NCBI GenBank assembly: GCA_963768855.1
Contig: CAVYJM010000006.1
Coordinates: 288,001-352,000, forward strand
From: an uncultured Thermoplasmata archaeon
GTDB taxonomy: Archaea > Thermoplasmatota > Thermoplasmata > RBG-16-68-12
Direction: 5' to 3'
Length of the DNA stretch: 64,000 bases
Positions 55,897 through 64,000 of the stretch are shown piece after piece; position 1 is the stretch's first letter, and each line of letters opens with the position of its first letter. Below the pieces are notes generated by a model. The model made no database searches. It was not told where the DNA came from and worked only from the letters and a program-made list of their open reading frames with translations. Made by a program: the position numbers and the translations under genes.

Positions 55897-56043
55897 TCAG
55901 GATCCTGCGGCGATCAGCGCTCGTTCCCGAAGGAACGCGCGCGCGAACACGGCGGCGTTCTCGAGGTTGCCCCGTCGGAGTTCGAGAAGGAAGGCACGGC
56001 TGAAGATGACCTGGAGCCGGGGGTCCCCCAACTGGGCCGCCAT
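55897..56043 (-). CDS. Possible small helical protein (48 aa)
   Basis: Hand translation MAAQLGDPRLQVIFSRAFLLELRRGNLENAAVFARAFLRERALIAAGS*. Confidence 0.35.
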   Translation of the reverse strand: MAAQLGDPRLQVIFSRAFLLELRRGNLENAAVFARAFLRERALIAAGS

Positions 56044-56204
56044 GCAGGGGTCCCCAGGGTCCCGAGCGGGCTTGAACCAACCACTCAGGAATATCAGAGG
56101 CGATTATCACCAGGTCAAAGACGATGAGGACCGAACCGGAGATCGCAGTGGACAAATGTTTTTAAGTCCACCGCTGGTTATCGCGCCGTCCATGGGATGC
56201 ACGC

Positions 56205-57695
56205 ATGGAGTCAACCGTTCATTCTAAGGTATCCTCTCATCACGCGGGCGAGGGGTTCATCGGGGTGATCTATGGGGACGTCGGCTCGACGTCCTTCCGT
56301 TGCTCCGTCGTGTACCCTGTGGACCGCTACGACTTCGTGCAGGTGCACCACGAGACCTGCGGCACCGTCCTCGGCCGCGTGGACGAGATCGAGCGCAAGA
56401 CGGACCTCTCGCTCGACCGTGCGATGTCCGAGGACGCGGAGGCGTCTCCGATCGAGGAACGCGTCTCCGCGCAGGTGTCCGTGATTGGGTACCGCGATGA
56501 CCGCGGCCTCCTGCAGGTGCCGCGGACTCCGTTCCGCGCGGGCGAGGGCGTGCACAAGGCGGAGACGTCCACGATCCAGGAGGTCATCGGCCTCACGGAG
56601 GACAAGAAGCACGGCGCCTACGTCGGGCTCCTGGCCGGGCATGACGTCCCCGTGTACCTGGACATCAACGCGATGGTCCAGAAGCACGTCTCGATCCTCG
56701 CCAAGACCGGGGGCGGGAAGTCCTACATCGCCGGCGTGATCATCGAGGAGCTGATGAAGCATCACGTGACGACGGTGATCATCGACCCGCATGGGGAATA
56801 CGAAACGCTGCGCGAGAAGGGCAAGGTCTCCGACCACAGCGGTCGCTTCCACGTCGACGCCCGCGGCTATGCGGACATGCTCCAGATCTTCTCCCCCGAC
56901 ACGAAGGTGAACAATGGGGCGCGGCCGCTGAAGTTCACCCTGAGTAACCTCGATGCACGGGACATCCTCTCCCTGACGGGAGCGGGGAAGGTCCGGACGC
57001 ACCTGACCGCGCTGCGGAAGGCCCTCGACACCCTCCGCGCCGCGACGAAGAGCTACACGATCCGCGACGTGATCCGCGTCCTCGAGCGGGACGACGACCC
57101 GCAGAACGCCTCGCTGATCGACGAGCTCGAGTACCTGAGCGAGGTCGAGATTTTCGCGCAGGAGGGCACGCGGATCGACGAGCTCGTCGTGAAGGGGAAG
57201 ACGACGATCATCAACCTCAAGGGCGTCGCGCCGGACATCCAGGAGCTCGTCGTGAACCGCCTCGCGACCGCGATGTTCGAGCTGCGGAAGGTCGGCCGCA
57301 TCCCACCCATGATGCTCGTCGTCGAGGAGAGCCACAACTTCTGTCCCCAGGTGGGCCAGGTGGCGTCCTCCAAGATCTTCCGCACCCTGGCGTCCGAGGG
57401 GCGGAAGTTCGGTCTCGGGCTCCTGGTCATCACGCAGCGGGCCGCGAAGATCGACAAGAACGTCCTGAGCCAGTGCAACACTCAGATCATCCTCAAGGTC
57501 ACGAACCCGAACGACCTGAAGGCGATCATCGCCAGCGTCGAAGGCCTGACGACGGCCATGGCGGAGGAGATCTCCCGTCTGCCCATCGGCGTGTCGATCA
57601 TGACGGGCGGCGGACTGCAGATGCCCCTGATGGTCGAGGTCCGCCCGCGCGAGACGAAGCACGGCGGCGAGAGCGTCAAGGTGATCGAGGACTGA
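56205..57695 (+). CDS. HerA/FtsK-family ATPase (HAS barrel plus DUF87)
   Basis: HVSILAKTGGGKS, IDPHGEY, VVEESHNF, EGRKFGLG, TQR. Confidence 0.9.
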   Translation: MESTVHSKVSSHHAGEGFIGVIYGDVGSTSFRCSVVYPVDRYDFVQVHHETCGTVLGRVDEIERKTDLSLDRAMSEDAEASPIEERVSAQVSVIGYRDDRGLLQVPRTPFRAGEGVHKAETSTIQEVIGLTEDKKHGAYVGLLAGHDVPVYLDINAMVQKHVSILAKTGGGKSYIAGVIIEELMKHHVTTVIIDPHGEYETLREKGKVSDHSGRFHVDARGYADMLQIFSPDTKVNNGARPLKFTLSNLDARDILSLTGAGKVRTHLTALRKALDTLRAATKSYTIRDVIRVLERDDDPQNASLIDELEYLSEVEIFAQEGTRIDELVVKGKTTIINLKGVAPDIQELVVNRLATAMFELRKVGRIPPMMLVVEESHNFCPQVGQVASSKIFRTLASEGRKFGLGLLVITQRAAKIDKNVLSQCNTQIILKVTNPNDLKAIIASVEGLTTAMAEEISRLPIGVSIMTGGGLQMPLMVEVRPRETKHGGESVKVIED

Positions 57696-57750
57696 CGAGG
57701 CGTCCCCGCGGAACCTTTATCGGGATTCCGTCCCCTCGGCGCGGGCGGCA

Positions 57751-58194
57751 ATGTCGAGAAGGAGTCGATCGACGGTCTTCCCCCAGCCGCCTTGGACGCA
57801 GGCGCCGTCCGAGGTCGAGGCCTGGATGTCCTCCACCGGCAGCCGCCGCGGACGCGGGGGGTCCCGCTTCCCCGGACCCACCCGGGTGAAGGGGTTCGAG
57901 GGCCCGCTCGCGGCGTCCGCTGAGGCCCGCCTCGTTCGCCGGATGGCCCGATTGGGCATCCAGCCCGCTGCCGAAGGGTTCGAGCATCTCCCTCACGTTC
58001 TCGCCCGCCTCGTCCACCACGCTTCGCGACAGGTCTTCGTCGGCAAGGTCGGCAGCACCCGCGTCCTGATCCGGCTCCGGAAGGCAGCCCGCACGGGGCT
58101 CCGCATCACGTTCACGCCGCACGTCAACTTCCGGAGGGCCTGGAGGCTCCTCTCCCAACTCGGCGTGGATCCCTCGGAAGGGTCCTGGACCTGA
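57751..58194 (+). CDS. Hypothetical basic protein
   Basis: Only ORF filling the gap; the C-half looks folded; start uncertain. Confidence 0.4.
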   Translation: MSRRSRSTVFPQPPWTQAPSEVEAWMSSTGSRRGRGGSRFPGPTRVKGFEGPLAASAEARLVRRMARLGIQPAAEGFEHLPHVLARLVHHASRQVFVGKVGSTRVLIRLRKAARTGLRITFTPHVNFRRAWRLLSQLGVDPSEGSWT

Positions 58195-58233
58195 GGTCCC
58201 CAACGGAGGGTCGGTGGCGCCCGGGAGCAAGCG

Positions 58234-59604
58234 TCACACGCCACTCGTGTACCAGGCGCCTCCGCAGCAGTAGAGCGACGAGCCGTCCGCCTCGCCCCAG
58301 ATGGCGTAGTTCACGCCCGTGGTCGGGCTCACCGCGAGGCCGAAGTAGTCGCCGTCCGTGAACGCGTACCCCTGGGACGTCTTGTACGGTGCCCCGGAGC
58401 CGAGGTTCGAGAGCTTCACGTCCGCGATCCACTTGCCTCCTCCGTTCGTCGTGCGGGTGTACCAGGTGTTCCAGTCGCCGAGGCCGCCGCAGTTCCAGCA
58501 GGCCGCGTTGCGGTTGTCCTGCCATGCAAGTCGGAAGTCCCCCGCCGCCGGGCCGCTGGCCACGAGCGGGAAATTGCTGTCGCCGATGTCGTTCACGAGC
58601 GCGCGGCTGCTCCAGTGGACGCCGTCCGTCGAGGTCCGGATGTACAGCCCATGGGCCGCCCCGTTGACCGCGTTCATCGTGTACGCGAGCATGAGGTGGC
58701 CGGCCGCGTCCGCGGCGACCGAGCTCTGCGCGGCGAAGTAGTCCCCATAGCATCCAGAGATGACGCAGGGCGTGGGCGTCGCACTCGGGTCGATGTACGT
58801 GTTCGTCCAGCTCGTGCCGGCGTGGTTCATCCGGAGCACGAAGAGCTTCTGCACGCCTCCGGTGTGGCCGCCGTTCGTGATCGTCTTGCCCGCCCCGTTC
58901 GTCGTGGTCCCCGCCTCGCCTGCCTGGGCGAAATAGACGCTTCCGTCCGCGGCGTTGTAGGTTCCCCCGTAGGAGTACCACCAGAGGGTCTCATTGCTCG
59001 TCAGGACCTGGGTGAAGGTCTGGCCGTAGTCGTGGGACACGGCGACGTACGATGCGGTCTTCACGTTGAACGCGACGTAGACGTCCTGGCCCGTCGGCGA
59101 GATCTCGAGGATGGGCTTGTCGTTGTACGTGAGCGCGCCGTTCATCGTGAAGGGCCCGGACCACGTGGCCCCGTGGTCCATCGACTTGAAGAGGACGCTC
59201 CCGGGATTGAACGTCTGGAGGAACACGGCGTACACGGTGCCGTCTGTCGCGACCTTCAGCTGTGGGTCGAACTGCCATCCTTTCCCGCCCGCGAGGTAGA
59301 TTGGGTGGGCCGCGCCCCATGTGGATCCGCCGTCGGGCGAAGCGCGAACAAAGATGGCCGTGCCGGGGCACGCCGAGCAGGTCTTCGACGCGCTGATGTA
59401 GGTCACGGCCTGATAGACATAGGAGGAGGTCGGATCCACCGCAATGGTGGGCTCCCAGTACGCCCCGCCTCCCGGGAACGCCTGCTCGCTCGAGAACACG
59501 GGCCCGGATCCCGCCGGGCCCGCGGCGGCGAGCAGCGCGAATGCCTGAAGCAGGACGGCTCCGACGACCAGCGCACCGAGGATCGCGAGACGGACGGTTC
59601 GCAC
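58234..59604 (-). CDS. Secreted BNR/Asp-box beta-propeller (sialidase-like) protein
   Basis: Signal peptide; Asp boxes SPDGGSTW, SMDHGATW, SHDYGQTF, STDGVHW, TTNGGGKW; SD-supported GTG at 59604. Confidence 0.85.
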   Translation of the reverse strand: MRTVRLAILGALVVGAVLLQAFALLAAAGPAGSGPVFSSEQAFPGGGAYWEPTIAVDPTSSYVYQAVTYISASKTCSACPGTAIFVRASPDGGSTWGAAHPIYLAGGKGWQFDPQLKVATDGTVYAVFLQTFNPGSVLFKSMDHGATWSGPFTMNGALTYNDKPILEISPTGQDVYVAFNVKTASYVAVSHDYGQTFTQVLTSNETLWWYSYGGTYNAADGSVYFAQAGEAGTTTNGAGKTITNGGHTGGVQKLFVLRMNHAGTSWTNTYIDPSATPTPCVISGCYGDYFAAQSSVAADAAGHLMLAYTMNAVNGAAHGLYIRTSTDGVHWSSRALVNDIGDSNFPLVASGPAAGDFRLAWQDNRNAACWNCGGLGDWNTWYTRTTNGGGKWIADVKLSNLGSGAPYKTSQGYAFTDGDYFGLAVSPTTGVNYAIWGEADGSSLYCCGGAWYTSGV

Positions 59605-59801
59605 TCGATTCCCCTCCTCATGCCTCCGGGCGGGATCCCCCGACCCGGGTCCCGGAGGCATCGCGAGGGGGCTATATCAGGGTTCTCGGGAGAGAGTGAG
59701 CAATTCGTGAACGATGCGGCGAAGAACGCGCCTTGCGTGGGCGATTCCGCCGGCGGACCGACGCGGCCAAAGCCTATAGCCGGAGGGTTCCATGGCCATC
59801 C

Positions 59802-60086
59802 GTGGACCTCGCCGGCCTGGTCGACAAGGACATCGAGCTCACGGAGCGCGCCCTGGGCAAGGTGAAGATCGCGCCACCGCGTCGCTCCCACTTGCGGAAG
59901 GTCGCCGAGGACTTCCTCACGATGGCCCGTTCCTACTACGAGGACGCAAAGCATTTCCGCGACAAGGGGGAGCTGGACAAGGCCCTCGCGAACATCAACT
60001 ACGCACACGGCTGGCTCGACGCCGGCGCCCGCGTCGGCCTCTTCGACGTCGGCGAGGACGACCAGCTTTTCACGCTCAGCGAGTGA
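59802..60086 (+). CDS. DUF357 protein
   Basis: ARSYYEDAKHF, NYAHGWLDAGARVGLF. Confidence 0.9.
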   Translation: MDLAGLVDKDIELTERALGKVKIAPPRRSHLRKVAEDFLTMARSYYEDAKHFRDKGELDKALANINYAHGWLDAGARVGLFDVGEDDQLFTLSE

Positions 60087-60087
60087 C

Positions 60088-60960
60088 TCAGAGGACGCGA
60101 GCGCCCTCGTTGTCGACCTCGCACCGCATGAGGGTGCCGAACTTCAGGTACAGGGTTGCGAGCTCCTCGCGGCCGCCCTCCGCGAAGATCGAATTGCCCA
60201 GCATCGCCATCGCGGCGCGGCCGAACATCCGGCTCGCCCGGACGACCTCCAAGACGGTCTTGCTCGCGAGGCCCGTGTCCTCCGCGAACCGATTGCCCAG
60301 GTCGAACAGGTGCCCGAGCGTCGGACTGCGCGCGAACTCCTCGATGCACGCGCCGCCGTAGCGGTTGATGGCCGCGACCTTCGCCGGGTCGCGAAGGACG
60401 GACTTCGTGCGCATCTCGGGGCCGATCACCGCGAGCAGGAGATTCCTGCGTACTTCGTACTTCCTCACGTCGGCGTGGCCGGGCGCCCCCGGCTCCTGGC
60501 GGAGGTCCATGCCGCCCAGGGAAGCGGGCACCACGTCCCCGAGTCCCGTGCCGCACTCGACCTCGGCGGTGTGGGCCAGGGCGACGAGCTCGTCCCGCTT
60601 GATCCCGGAGCCGAGCGCGTCGTCCAGGGCGAGCGTGGTGCTCAGCGCAGCCGCGGAGCTCACGCCGAACCCCTGGGACACGGGGAGCGGGCTCTCGCTC
60701 AGGATCTTGACCTCGCAGGAGCGGCCGCCGAGGACCTTCCGGGCCGCGGCCTCCGTGACCTCGGCTTTCGTCTTCCTCCCGTTCACGAGGATTTCGAGGG
60801 ACGCCTTCGGCGCGTCACGGACGCGGGCCACGGTCCGCACGCCGAGGGAGAGGGACAGGCCGGCCCCGCGGGATCCCTTCTTCCGGGGATCGGCGTCGTC
60901 ACAGACCTCGAAGAAGGCCGTCACGTGTCCGGGGCAGAACGCCTCACCCTGCGACACCAT
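60088..60960 (-). CDS. pok: Pantoate kinase (GHMP family)
   Basis: PGHVTAFF, GSRGAG, PVSQGFGVSSA, GTGLGDV, AMLGNSIF. Confidence 0.9.
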   Translation of the reverse strand: MVSQGEAFCPGHVTAFFEVCDDADPRKKGSRGAGLSLSLGVRTVARVRDAPKASLEILVNGRKTKAEVTEAAARKVLGGRSCEVKILSESPLPVSQGFGVSSAAALSTTLALDDALGSGIKRDELVALAHTAEVECGTGLGDVVPASLGGMDLRQEPGAPGHADVRKYEVRRNLLLAVIGPEMRTKSVLRDPAKVAAINRYGGACIEEFARSPTLGHLFDLGNRFAEDTGLASKTVLEVVRASRMFGRAAMAMLGNSIFAEGGREELATLYLKFGTLMRCEVDNEGARVL

Positions 60961-62146
60961 GCAGGACGGCTCTCCAGATGCGTTCCGCGGCGAGCGCTTT
61001 CGGTCCCTCGAAGGTCGCGGACTTGCCTTTCGAATCGAAGATCGTGATCGAGGTCACGTCCCGTTTGACGTGCATCACATCGTTCCCCACGACCAGGTCC
61101 AAGCCCGCCTCCTTTAGCAGGCTCATCGCCTTCGCCTTGAGGTCCGCCGCGGTCACGCCGGCCTCGGCCTTGAAGCCGATGAGCGTGCCCTTCGTCGCCT
61201 TGCGCAACGCGACGAGGACCTTCGGCGTGGGTTCGAGGTCGAGCGTGAAGGCTCCCCCTCGGGAGGGGATCTTGCCCTTCCGCTTCCGGGGGGAGAAGTC
61301 GGCGATGGCGGCGGGGACCAAGCAGAAGTCCGCGTCCGCCTTCGACACCATGCCCGCCAGGTCCGCGGTCGTCTCGAACGGTTTCGTGGGAATCCAGGCG
61401 GGGACGGGCACCTCGTGCCGGCCCATCCACATCTCCACGTCGGCCCCGTGTTCGAAGGCCGCCCGCGCGAGTTCGACGCCCGTGCTGCCGCTGGATCGGT
61501 TCGACACGACGCGGATGTCGTCGATCGGTTCGACGGTCGAGCCCGCGATGACGAGGACCTTCTTGCCCGCGAGATCCCGCGGACCGAGCCGCCGCAGGAC
61601 GCGCGCGACGATCTCGTCGATGTCCGCGAGCTTGGCCTTGCTCTCCTCGCGCTTCGGCTCGACGAATTCGACGCCGAGGTCCCGGAGCTTCCGCACGTTC
61701 GCGAGGACGGCGGGATTGTCCATCATCGTCTCGTGCGCGGCCGGTGCGATCAGGATCGGGATGCTGGAGCCGAGGGCGTTGACCGCATACGTGGTCACGT
61801 TCGTGTCGTCGATCCCGTTCGCGATTTTGCTCAGGGTGTTCGACGTGCACGGGGCGATGAGCAGGAGGTCGGCCCTGCCGTCCTTGCCGCACATCTCCAG
61901 GTAGCGCATGGAGCCGTCCAGCTCCGTGTCGACCTCGTGGCCCGTCGCGAACTGCAGAGCGTTCGGGTGGACGATCGTAGTCCCCGCCCGCGAGACGACC
62001 GCATGGACGTCTGCCCCATGTCGGATGAGCTCGCGCGCCAGCTTGACCGTCTCGACCGCAGCGATGCTGCCGGTAACCCCGAGGACGATCGTCCTCCCTT
62101 GGAGTTTGAGGCTTCGCGCCCCGCGGATCCGGTCGGCCGGGTGCAT
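60944..62146 (-). CDS. coaBC: Bifunctional PPC decarboxylase / PPC synthetase
   Basis: GVTGSIAA, APCTSNTLSKIANG, PAAHETM, SNRSSG, AAIADF, GFKAE. Confidence 0.93.
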   Translation of the reverse strand: MHPADRIRGARSLKLQGRTIVLGVTGSIAAVETVKLARELIRHGADVHAVVSRAGTTIVHPNALQFATGHEVDTELDGSMRYLEMCGKDGRADLLLIAPCTSNTLSKIANGIDDTNVTTYAVNALGSSIPILIAPAAHETMMDNPAVLANVRKLRDLGVEFVEPKREESKAKLADIDEIVARVLRRLGPRDLAGKKVLVIAGSTVEPIDDIRVVSNRSSGSTGVELARAAFEHGADVEMWMGRHEVPVPAWIPTKPFETTADLAGMVSKADADFCLVPAAIADFSPRKRKGKIPSRGGAFTLDLEPTPKVLVALRKATKGTLIGFKAEAGVTAADLKAKAMSLLKEAGLDLVVGNDVMHVKRDVTSITIFDSKGKSATFEGPKALAAERIWRAVLHGVAG

Positions 62147-62246
62147 CGACCTGACGATTCGTCGCGCTCGATATATATCTATGGTCAGCGGGAGTGGGTT
62201 ACCTTTATCGCCCCGGGTCGGCCATGCATGGTCCGGAGGGAACCTT

Positions 62247-62681
62247 GTGCAGCCCGTCGCGACCGAGGCGCCGAAGCCTGTGGTCCGCCCGCGCCGAATT
62301 CGAATGCCTTCCGGTCCGAACCTCGTCGGAATCCTCGGTGTCCTCATCAGCATCCTGATCACCACGGGATTCCTGGCGTACCATGCCATGTCGTGGCTCC
62401 AGCTGCAGTGCCCCCCGAGCCTCGCGGGTTGTCCGTACCTGACACCCGTCCAGGCCGCCTACCAGTCAACCTTCTACGGGCTCGAACTGCTGTTCTTCGT
62501 CGCAGTCGATCTCGGGCTCGGCCTGAGCGTGGCCCTGGCGTTTCTCGCGGCGACGCGATCGGACATTCTCGAGAGCACGCGGCGGTCGCTCTTCTTCTTC
62601 GCGACGGTCTATCTCTTCGTCTGGTTCCTGGTCGGGTTGTTCGTCGTCCCTCCCTTCATCTCCGTCGTCCGGTTCTACTGA
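62247..62681 (+). CDS. Small membrane protein (about 3 TM)
   Basis: GGAGGG SD before GTG 62247; three hydrophobic segments; CPPSLAGCP loop. Confidence 0.65.
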   Translation: MQPVATEAPKPVVRPRRIRMPSGPNLVGILGVLISILITTGFLAYHAMSWLQLQCPPSLAGCPYLTPVQAAYQSTFYGLELLFFVAVDLGLGLSVALAFLAATRSDILESTRRSLFFFATVYLFVWFLVGLFVVPPFISVVRFY

Positions 62682-62738
62682 TTCCGTCCCCCGCGAGCCA
62701 AGCTTTAACCGCCGACTCCGGTTAACGCCCCGACTTCC

Positions 62739-64000
62739 ATGGACACCCAGGCCGCCCTGGAGCAACTCTACGGCCTCGAGCGCTTTGGAATCAAGCTCGG
62801 CCTCGAGAACATCCGCCGCCTGCTCGCCCTGGTCGGCGACCCCCAGGCGGGCCTTCAGGCCGTCCACGTGACCGGCACGAACGGGAAGGGCTCCGTCTGC
62901 GCGTACGTCGCGTCGGCCCTTCGGAAGGCCGGCTACCGGGTCGGGCTGTACACCTCGCCGCACCTCGTCCGGTTCAACGAGCGCATCCAGGTCGATGGCG
63001 TCCGGATCTCCGATGAGGACCTCCTGCGGCTCTGGGAGGGGATCCAGCCGGCGATGAAGGCCATGGACGGCGATCGCGCCGTCAACCGGCCCACCTTCTT
63101 CGAGGTGACGACCGCCATGGCGTTCGAGTACTTCCGGGAGCAGAAGGTGGACATTGCCTCCATCGAGGTGGGGATGGGTGGTCGCTTCGACGCGACGAAC
63201 GTCATCGACGGCCGCGTCGCCGTCATCGCGCGGGTGGGCCTCGAGCACACGGAGCACCTCGGTCGGACGGTCGACCGGATCGCGAGGGAGAAGGCGGGGA
63301 TCATCAAGCCGACCTCGCGGGTGGTGACCGTGGAGCAGGAGGCGCTCCCCGTGATCGAGCAACGCTGTCACGAGCTCGAGGTGCCACTTTCCGTCGTCGG
63401 CCGGGACGTGACCGTGGAACGGATTTCCCAGGACCTGTCGGGACAGCGCCTTGTGGTTCGCGGCTCCTTCGGGGAGATCGATGTCCGCACGCCCCTCCTC
63501 GGTTCTTTCCAGGTCGAGAACGTCGGGCTCGCGGTCGCGGCCCTCACGGAGCTCCGGAACGCAGGATTCCAGGTTCCCGATGCGGCGATCGCAGAGGGCA
63601 TCGCCTCGACCGAGTGGCCCGGCCGCCTCCAGAGGATCCGCCAGGATCCGCTCGTCCTCGTCGACGGGGCCCACAACGGCCCCGCCGCGGCCGCCCTGGC
63701 CTCCGCCTACGCGGAGCTCTTCCCGGCCCGAAAGTGCATCCTCGTCACGGGCATCCTCGCGGACAAGGATCTCCCGTCCATCGCCGCGTCCCTCGGGCCC
63801 CTCGCGAACCGCGTCATCGCATGCCGGCCGAAGAGCCACCGTGCGTACCATCCGGAAGAGGTCGCCTCCGCGTTCCGCCGATACGCCCCCGCGGAGGTCG
63901 TCCCCTCCGTGGCCGATGCGATTGACCGCGCCCTGACGGAGGCCGCAACGGGCGACATCGTCCTCATCACGGGATCCATCTACACCGCGGGGGAGGCCCT
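62739..64000 (+). CDS. folC: Folylpolyglutamate synthase/dihydrofolate synthase, truncated at window end
   Basis: Hand translation: GIKLGLE, HVTGTNGKGS, GLYTSPHL, FFE, EVGMGGRFDATN, WPGR, DGAHN. Confidence 0.92.
   Translation, partial: MDTQAALEQLYGLERFGIKLGLENIRRLLALVGDPQAGLQAVHVTGTNGKGSVCAYVASALRKAGYRVGLYTSPHLVRFNERIQVDGVRISDEDLLRLWEGIQPAMKAMDGDRAVNRPTFFEVTTAMAFEYFREQKVDIASIEVGMGGRFDATNVIDGRVAVIARVGLEHTEHLGRTVDRIAREKAGIIKPTSRVVTVEQEALPVIEQRCHELEVPLSVVGRDVTVERISQDLSGQRLVVRGSFGEIDVRTPLLGSFQVENVGLAVAALTELRNAGFQVPDAAIAEGIASTEWPGRLQRIRQDPLVLVDGAHNGPAAAALASAYAELFPARKCILVTGILADKDLPSIAASLGPLANRVIACRPKSHRAYHPEEVASAFRRYAPAEVVPSVADAIDRALTEAATGDIVLITGSIYTAGEA

Noticed and set aside
1-64000. CRISPR array, cas genes, IS elements, integrases
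   Set aside because: No regularly spaced repeats or recognisable mobile-element proteins found by eye

Overview
64 kb of a GC-rich archaeal chromosome (roughly two-thirds G+C by eye). The gene set includes aNAC, ABCE1, aIF5A, aIF1A, Nop5, Csl4, Nob1, Rio1, Dim2, archaemetzincin, pantoate kinase and DUF357, with TATA boxes and many apparently leaderless genes. It most resembles an uncultured non-methanogenic Thermoplasmata; that placement is inference. Most of the window is housekeeping. It contains a complete hypC-hdrCBA-mvhDGA-protease-hypA locus, haem-copper oxidase subunits III and IV, ppdK, kamA, rtcB, CoA genes, a partial folC and two tRNA-Val genes. I saw no CRISPR array, integrase or transposase. 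The best leads are: (1) a tightly coupled operon of an E1/ThiF-like enzyme, a THUMP-less ThiI catalytic domain and a free-standing copy of the E1 C-terminal domain, next to an SHMT homologue with altered catalytic residues; (2) a Rab-like GTPase fused to a winged helix; (3) a ~140-nt multi-stem intergenic RNA candidate; (4) a tandem pair of paralogous small coiled-coil proteins; (5) a CDIN1/TPD nuclease beside aIF1A-Rio1-Dim2; (6) a hydrogenase-protease paralogue that has lost metal ligands; (7) a direct-repeat-flanked single-gene insert. nop5 carries a +1 frameshift that may be a sequencing error. All calls come from motif reading only; no searches were run.
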